A stretch of DNA of 64,000 nucleotides, taken from positions 203,112,001 to 203,176,000 of the forward strand of contig OZ024742.1 of NCBI GenBank assembly GCA_964016885.1. Direction: 5' to 3'. The stretch comes from Eledone cirrhosa. Taxonomy: Eukaryota. Within the stretch, counting starts at the first letter, position 1; the number at the start of each line of letters is the position of its first letter. Shown here piece by piece: positions 54,570-64,000 of the stretch. The notes under the pieces are model-generated. The model had not been told where the DNA came from, did no database searches, and was given only the letters and a program-made list of their open reading frames with translations. The translations under genes were made by a program, and so were the position numbers.

Positions 54570-55260
54570 ATATAGTTAGTGCTGGATCTATTACAGGGTT
54601 GGAGATGGGGACTACATTTAACATTTGACCTGTGCCAAATACCAGATATGTGGGCCCACATTTTATATTTTGCCTGAGCCTATTACAAATATTTGTGGCT
54701 TAAATTTTCAATTTACCCTGTGTCTATTGAGGGCGTGAACTTACATTTCACATCTGGCTTGGGGTTATCACCTGACTCTGGAAGGAGACTATAGTCCGTA
54801 TCATGCCTGGGGCTATTATCAGACTGGAGAAGGGGGCTACATTATGCACCTGGCTTGAGCCTATTACCATATTGTTTTTGTGGGAAAATTTTATATCCTT
54901 TTACACCAGCTTTAGGAGCCAACATTTTGCATATAGAGATAGTTTATTAGAAGCTTTCTGAGCATTCATTTGAAATATGTCCTGGAAACATTACCAGGTT
55001 TGAAGACCTAAATTTCACATGTTACAAGCCTTAGGAGTCTATATTTCATATGTGGATTGTGCATAATACCATATGTGGTATGCCTGCATTTTACAACTAC
55101 CGCCTATTAATGTCTGTGGTGGGCATACATTTCACAATTGGCCAGGATCTGTTATTAGATTTAAGGGCATCTTGCATGTTTCTAATTACTAGCGTTGTGG
55201 ACCTTGTGAACCTTTCCCATTTAAACGCGTTACATGTTTTGTAGTGCCTGCTACCAGCAT
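54570..55260. repeat. Highly decayed tandem repeat, roughly 40-50 bp period
   Basis: Recurring cctatta(c/t)ca, cacattt/tacattt and ctggcttg motifs. Confidence 0.45.
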
Positions 55261-55710
55261 TCTACGGGCTTGTGTATGACTAAGGTTAAACATAGCCCCC
55301 ACAGAGTTACTAGGTAGAACGGAAATGAATTTAATCACGTGGTGTATTCTTAGATATGACTAACGTAAGAATGCTAGAGTATCGACAGGAAAAATATATA
55401 CAGAAATAGACACCACCTCCACACGCACACACACACAAGCTCACATATACGTGTGTGTGTCGTGTTTAGGTATTAATTTACCACGTAAAAGAACGATTAC
55501 ATAAAGATATATATATATATAACAAAAACAACTAGAACTGAAATAAAGTTTAAAGAAATTATATTCAATCTCGAAGGATGCCAGACTTCTAAGTCCTCCA
55601 AATATTTGGTCTTAGATACCATAGTGGTATATATACACTACTGTATGTAATATCACACTTCATATCTTTCCCGTGTTTATCTGATTGAATCATAAATTAC
55701 ACACACACAC

Positions 55711-55787
<77 letters not shown>

Positions 55788-55948
55788 TTATAGTGCATGT
55801 GATATATAATAAAAACGTAAATACATTTAAACGAAACTTCATCGTTTTTCTCTCTATATATATGCATGTATGTATATTTTTTCTTGAATATTATTTGTAT
55901 TATTTGTATTATGTGTGTACAAAATACTATGTTTTTTAAACGATATAT

Positions 55949-56018
<70 letters not shown>

Positions 56019-56805
56019 CTCTTTCTCCCTCTCTCTAAATATATCTTTTGAATTTGAATTATTGATGCTCTGAACTAAGGTTCATTGAGCTTATTTCGAG
56101 ATAAACACGGTTATCATACATATTAAATATGTTTTGGTACATTGTGTATAGCTGCGCCAAATTTATTGATTGTGACTGGAATCTCGCTGCCCTTTCTAGC
56201 AGATGAGACGTCCAGTCCTATTTAGATCTGCACACGTCGTTAAACGTTTATCGGCACCATGTCATCTTAAGATCTCAACAGATATAAAGGTATTTTGTAC
56301 AGTGTGGGACATATCTAATGACAATTCCTCTGATGAGTAGCTCCTTGTCTTTCGCTGGCTTATACCGGAATCGATAATCGGTAATTTGTTAATCAATTAC
56401 TTGGATTGTCTACCGTTTTCTTGGAGCTGTGAAACAGTACTGTCAGGAATATTACTTATTCCACCTTAAGTGTGTATATTTTTCTTGAATATTATTTGTA
56501 TCAAATATGTGTACAAAATACTATGTGATATATGACTCTTTCTCTTTCTCTAATTATACCATTTGAATTTGAATTATATATATGAACAACAACAGGCGGA
56601 AAAATAAACGTTAATACTGATTGGAGTCAACTCTAGAAAAAATAATATACTGCATGGAAGTATAACATACAAAATATGATCTTCCAAAATTAAATCACTT
56701 ATCTGACGAGTGACGCGATCAAGATTCTATTAAACTATTTATCGCCTCTGAAATGCGGCATAAAAGGTAATAAACTGGAGTTGCAAAAATAAAAGCTTCT
56801 TCTTC

Positions 56806-56879
<74 letters not shown>

Positions 56880-57010
56880 GTATCCACAGTAAGTTGTGGG
56901 GTCTAGTCTGCACGAAGAACTCGATGTAATCCATATGTTGAAAATGTTGTAGGTTAATATAAATCCCGGAAAACAATTAAACATTAAAAGGAAAACAGAG
57001 TCATGATATA

Positions 57011-58174
57011 AGTTAAAACAATGAAATAAAAAATCAAGTCATTAGAGATATACTTCACTGCTTTACGATCGTTTCTAGGTGTTGATAATACATTGTAGCT
57101 ATATTCCGTTATTGATCTATGTAAGGTTAGTTACAAAATATCAGGTAAATTGAATATTTACTTACATGCATATCACCAGCTGTTTTCAAAAGCAATAATA
57201 ATGTTATTCAGAATTAGTAGTATGTTAGTATCATGTCTTTGTTTGGAGGTAGTTGAAAAACTAACCAATCAAATTGTTTTTTTCATATGGTATTAAGATG
57301 AAAAGTAATACAGTTTAGTTGAGGTCATGACCCTTTGAAAGGAATGGTTGAATGGTGTTAATAGTAGAATTGGCATACAAATCTATTAGGAGGAAAGGGA
57401 TTGTCAAACTGATAGTTGAATGTATCTGGTATAGTGAAGTTTAAAAGGAATGTAAAAATAAAAATAAATGTAAAAATAAATGGTGATTAGTGTTGTATTG
57501 AGTTTTTAGGTGAATATAAATTCAGGTTATGGCTAGGAAAGATAGTATATTAAAAGATGAAAATTATAATAAGATAATTGTTTCTACTTTAGGCACAAGG
57601 CCAGCAATTACCCAGTGCATTACTGGTACTTTATTTTATCGACCCCGTAAGGATGAAAGGCAAAGTTAACCTCGGCGGGATTTGAACTCAGAATGGCAAG
57701 GACCGTAACTCTATGCGTCAAAGCATGGCGTCCGACCCTCTACCGATACTGCCAATCCACTGCCCTAAATTATAATAAGATAATGAAATACAGTAATGCG
57801 ATAATATACAACATAACCAACACAATATAGTACGGTGTGGTAAATTGCACTTAGTATAATACAGCATATGATACGCTCTAAAATACTATCAAGTATGTTT
57901 ATGTATAAATAATCAAACTCAGATAAATACATGTTGGCATAGTTAAAACACATAAATTTCATAGATTACAAAGTGAATATATCCACACTATATATAGAGA
58001 GGTACAGTTATATTGATATCCAACCAAAAATATACATACGCACAAATAGATGCAAACCTAAATACACATTTGCACATGTGCACATAATCATATACACACA
58101 TATCCATACATATCTATATCAACACATACACACCTATACCCACATATATACATATATATATATACACACATACA

Positions 58175-58206
<32 letters not shown>

Positions 58207-58348
58207 CACACACACATATATATATATGTGTATGTACACACCTTATACATGTACACACACTCATATATAAACACTCATACACATATACTCACATATACAC
58301 ACACACAAACATACATATATATATACACACATATACACGCACATACAT

Positions 58349-58383
<35 letters not shown>

Positions 58384-58547
58384 GATAAATCTACCAAGAG
58401 TTTACGGTAGTGTCCAATCCGTATGAAGAACTCAATGTAATCCGGATATCATGGAAAGAAGAGTTGCAATGAAAAATCACTTTCGGTGAAAGATAAACGG
58501 AATACAGAGTCAAGATAAAATATTAAAAATATTAAAAATATTTTTTA

Positions 58548-58627
<80 letters not shown>

Positions 58628-60611
58628 CACGTACATAAATATATATATACACACACATAAATATATTTCCATATCATACATAGATATATATTTTTACTCA
58701 TGCAATTACGGGTGGTTGTGTACCTTGTTGCCTTTAGTCATTAACGCATAAACCTTAGGAAGCTAAAACATTAAAAGGTAAAAATGAATGCATATAATTA
58801 GGGGAAAGGGGTACTAATAAATGTTACTCTATATAGAATTATAGTGAGTTGCTATTTAGAATATTTATTTCGTATACGGTGATTACAAACTATGATCAGT
58901 TCCTGCCTTTTATTTAATAAATCGTCCTTAGATTTAGTAATTTCCAAGATCTCCCCTGAACCTAACCTGCATCTCTCCTGTTCCCAAGATATGGAGTTCT
59001 TTGTAGAATGGTGTTCCACGATAACTTGAAATCTATGTTTTTCTTTTGATAATTATTTACAGCTTCAGCTAAAGATGTGGTGTTAGCTAGATTAGTATTG
59101 TTAAAACTACGAGAGTGTGCATAAAATATTTTCTTAAATGTGTTTGATGTAGATCCTATATATGTTTTGTTGGAGTCTGTAGTAGACACAGTGCATTTAT
59201 ATATTACATTATTAATCAAACAGTTGTCATTTAAGGGGCACATGCTTCTATTTCTACAATTACAGCCATACGTAAGGTGGTTGTTGGGGCTGCCTATACT
59301 ATTCTCATTAATCCTTGTAATTAATGATAGCAGGAGAATGAAGGTTGCTTTGTGGGTGGTTAGGTGCTAGGGTTGTATTGTGATTTTGTGTTCTGTTGGT
59401 AATATGGGTGGTTGTGTTTTCTAGGTTGAAGGATTGTATTATTGGCCTTTTTAAAAGGCGCAGTCCTATTTAAATTATGTTGTGATGGTGTAGTCATATT
59501 ATTTTTAAGTTTATAAATGTTGTAGTTGCTTATTTTTTGCTGGAGATTGTTTGATGTAGAGTATGAGAATTTGACAGTATATTTGTTAAATATTTGGTGG
59601 TATCTGTGGTTTGGTGGAAAATGTTTATGTAGAATTTCAAAGAATTTTTTGGGGATTTGTCCAATAGTTTGAAGGTTGAAGGGTGCGTTGTACCATGTTA
59701 TGTTTTGCGGTTTTTAGTAAGTTCTTATTACCACTTATATTATTGAGTTGTGTTCTAGAAGAATTCCTAAGGTTAGTATCCTTATTTGTGGAATTTGGTA
59801 AATTACCGTGGTTATATTTGGTGTTATTATTGGGTAGATTATGAGGTTTTGAGTGCTTGGTATTCATATGTGGGTTGATAACATTGGTCATAGATCGTGT
59901 AGTAATAGTTGTTGTGGTTTTTCGGTTGTTTGGTGTAATAGGAATAACCACTTTAGGTATTTGTTTCAATGGTATTTTTTGGTGTTTGTAGTTTTTGCTA
60001 GGTTTTATATTTTGGTCCATAGTAGTGTTGGGGATATATGAGATTTTTTTCTTTATATCCACTTCTAGTTAATGCCTCGTTGTAGAAGGGTGCATTATTA
60101 TAAAATATATCTTTATTGGAAGATAATTTAGAAAGTCTTAAAGATATGTTATATACTAAGTTTTGAGTATAGAGCCAGGGTGGTTAGATCGTGAATGTAC
60201 ATAATTAGATTTTTATAATAGATTTTTATAATAGATTTTTATGCCAATTCTACTATTAACACCATTCAACCATTCCTTTCAAAGGGTCATGACCTCAACT
60301 AAAGTGTATTACTTTTCATCTTAACACCATATGAAAACAAAAACAATTTGATTGGTTAGTTCTTCAACTACCTCCAAACAAGGACATGATACTAACATAC
60401 TACTAATTCTGAATAAAATTATTATTGCTTTTGAAAACAGCTGGTGATATGCATGTAAGTAAATATTCTCTTTATCTGATATTTTATAACTAACCTTACA
60501 TAGATCAATAGCGGAGTATAGCTACAATGTATTATCATCACCTAGAAACGAACGATCGTAAAGCAGTGAAGTATATCTCTAATGACTTGATATTTTATTT
60601 CATTGTTTTAA

Positions 60612-60613
<2 letters not shown>
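57011..60613 (-). mobile_element. Penelope-like element, 5'-truncated, with long 3' non-coding region and inverted terminal copy
   Basis: Minus strand: HSRSNHP, ITWYNAPF..KHFPPNH, CNCRNRSMCPLNDNC, VIY..YIGST, LLNKRQE..CNH; about 60240-60613 is the reverse complement of about 57011-57380. Confidence 0.85.
57579..57766 (-). mobile_element. SINE family 1 nested in the Penelope 3' region, perfect 18-bp TSD
   Basis: aaattataataagataat at 57561-57578 and 57767-57784; empty site visible in the paralogue near 27140-27165. Confidence 0.95.
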
Positions 60614-60699
<86 letters not shown>

Positions 60700-60702
<3 letters not shown>

Positions 60703-60884
60703 CAAGGGCAACCAAGGCAAATTTTGGTGCGCTTTCATCAGAGAAAATACAAAATTTGTTTTATAAATGTTGACATACCCGTAGAAAAAGGTTCTTTTTC
60801 TACGGCTATGTCAACATTAATAAAACAAATTTTGTATTTTATCTGATGAAAGCGCACCAAATTTTGCCTTGGTTGTCCTTGAAA
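60700..60884. repeat. About 185-bp near-perfect palindrome
   Basis: About 91-bp arms, 3-nt centre, 5 mismatches by eye. Confidence 0.93.
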
Positions 60885-61021
60885 TATATATAAAATAATT
60901 ATGGTTTTATAAATATAGTTTCCATTTATTAAAATATTGAATATTTACTCCAGTAAGTGTTGAGTGCTTTATATCAGCTTCATATAAGCTTGTTGAATCC
61001 CAACAAATTAAATATAACTTT

Positions 61022-61097
<76 letters not shown>

Positions 61098-61134
61098 ACG
61101 ATCGACTTTCGTCAAATCGGACCGAGGAAACAAT

Positions 61135-62483
<1,349 letters not shown>

Positions 62484-62630
62484 CACATGTGTATGTCTGT
62501 GTATAGAGAGAGATTGAGTGGGGAGATACAGGTACATACACACATACACTGACGAACAAATACATACAGAGAATTTGTCGATATGCTATCCAACAGCTGC
62601 CACCGAGATGAAAATGTGTACGTGTACTAC

Positions 62631-62671
<41 letters not shown>

Positions 62672-62875
62672 CGTCTTTATACGTACGCAGACAAATATAT
62701 ATAATTATGTTCACACATAAAATCATTAGACTTGTGTGGATTTAGGTGCTTGTGGTGGGCGCATATTCTAATGGATATGCGTACATCAGTAGAGCGGATG
62801 CATTCACAGGGCAAACCTAATATGACATATGATAATTGTTTACACACCCACACACGCACACACACAGACACACAC

Positions 62876-62939
<64 letters not shown>

Positions 62940-63204
62940 CTGCCTTTTCTTTTTACTGTGCTTTAATGTGTTGGTGTGTCGGCAAATATATGTGTAGGCG
63001 TGTCTCTATGTGTGTAAGTGTGCCTAAGTGAGTATGCAATGTAACATATATGTGTGTGTGTGTGTGTTTGGAGGTGGTGAACACATGTGCATTGTGGTTT
63101 ACGTCTCCTTTGTGTAGCTGTATATTATTATGTAAGTGCCTGTGCATATGTGTATAAGTGTCAAATCATGCACGTATGCATATATATATATATACATATA
63201 CGTC

Positions 63205-63247
<43 letters not shown>

Positions 63248-63250
63248 GTC

Positions 63251-63307
<57 letters not shown>

Positions 63308-63518
63308 GTATATATGTATGTATATATATATACATAAATATGTATGTATGTATATATATATATACATATATATGTATGTATATATATATATGTATATATA
63401 TATGTATATATATATATGTATATATACATATATATGTATGTATATATATATACATATATATGTATGTATATATATATACATATATATGTATGTATATATA
63501 TATATATACATATATATT

Positions 63519-63560
<42 letters not shown>

Positions 63561-64000
63561 TTCATAATGTATTTTTAACTCTGATACTGGTTCAGTCTAG
63601 TTCAACTGAATTGGTCTGTCCCGGTCATTCATTGAGCAACATCGGTGAAGTTGGCACCCTTAACTCACAGTTGGGTGCGGATGCATTCATGTATATATGT
63701 GTGTGTCCGCATGTATCTGTGTGTTTCTAAATATATTGTTAATAACTCGCTCTGGTCGAGCAATCTTTGAAGTGTGGGGACAGCTGGAAAGCTTCCATTA
63801 CTCATACTTCTCGCCTCCTTCACCACCTCTTCTGCGGCCTCGATATAAATACCCCCTCCGCCTCCGTGGTATTTTCTTCGGGGTTATAAGAGGCTTATCT
63901 CTGTTTCTCGACCGTTATATCGCGTGACTATCTCCCCCTCCGCCTTTCGGGATTCTTTCTCACGTCGTGTAGACGCGTTCTTGAGACTAGTAAAATGAGG

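Noticed and set aside
56325-56360. CTGATGA/CTGACGA hits here and at 17661, 48750, 60843
   Set aside because: No correctly placed stem II-GAAA-stem III.
58850-59270. Selenocysteine recoding as reported for some Naiad PLEs
   Set aside because: Conserved Cys positions here and at 39697-40026 are not TGA.
63730-64000. GC-rich segment with TATAAATA, possibly LTR or promoter
   Set aside because: Cut by the window edge; no second copy or diagnostic motif.

Overview
Repeat-saturated, AT-rich animal DNA with no supportable host protein-coding exon. The SINE families and the density of (TA)n/(CA)n microsatellites resemble octopod cephalopod genomes (inference from memory, not searched). The main structure is a 14.5-kb head-to-tail array (about 1621-16142) of four Tx1/L1-group non-LTR retrotransposons from two divergent families. 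Each ends AATAAA + (ATCT)n, and one is near full length (ORF1 zinc knuckle; ORF2 APE-RT-CCHC with one internal nonsense codon and a clipped C-terminus). Both families conserve a perfect splice-donor consensus on the ORF1 stop codon and CTGTAG|G on the ORF2 stop codon, so ORF2 may be removable as an intron. The rest holds at least three Penelope-like elements with inverted terminal repeats, about 8 hammerhead-ribozyme-like motifs with variant cores, many fold-back palindromes, a decayed Helitron Rep/Helicase, two R4/Dong-like REL-endonuclease 3' ends, RTE 3' ends, tRNA-derived SINEs with clear TSDs, and several minisatellites. All coordinates were read by eye; element edges are approximate.
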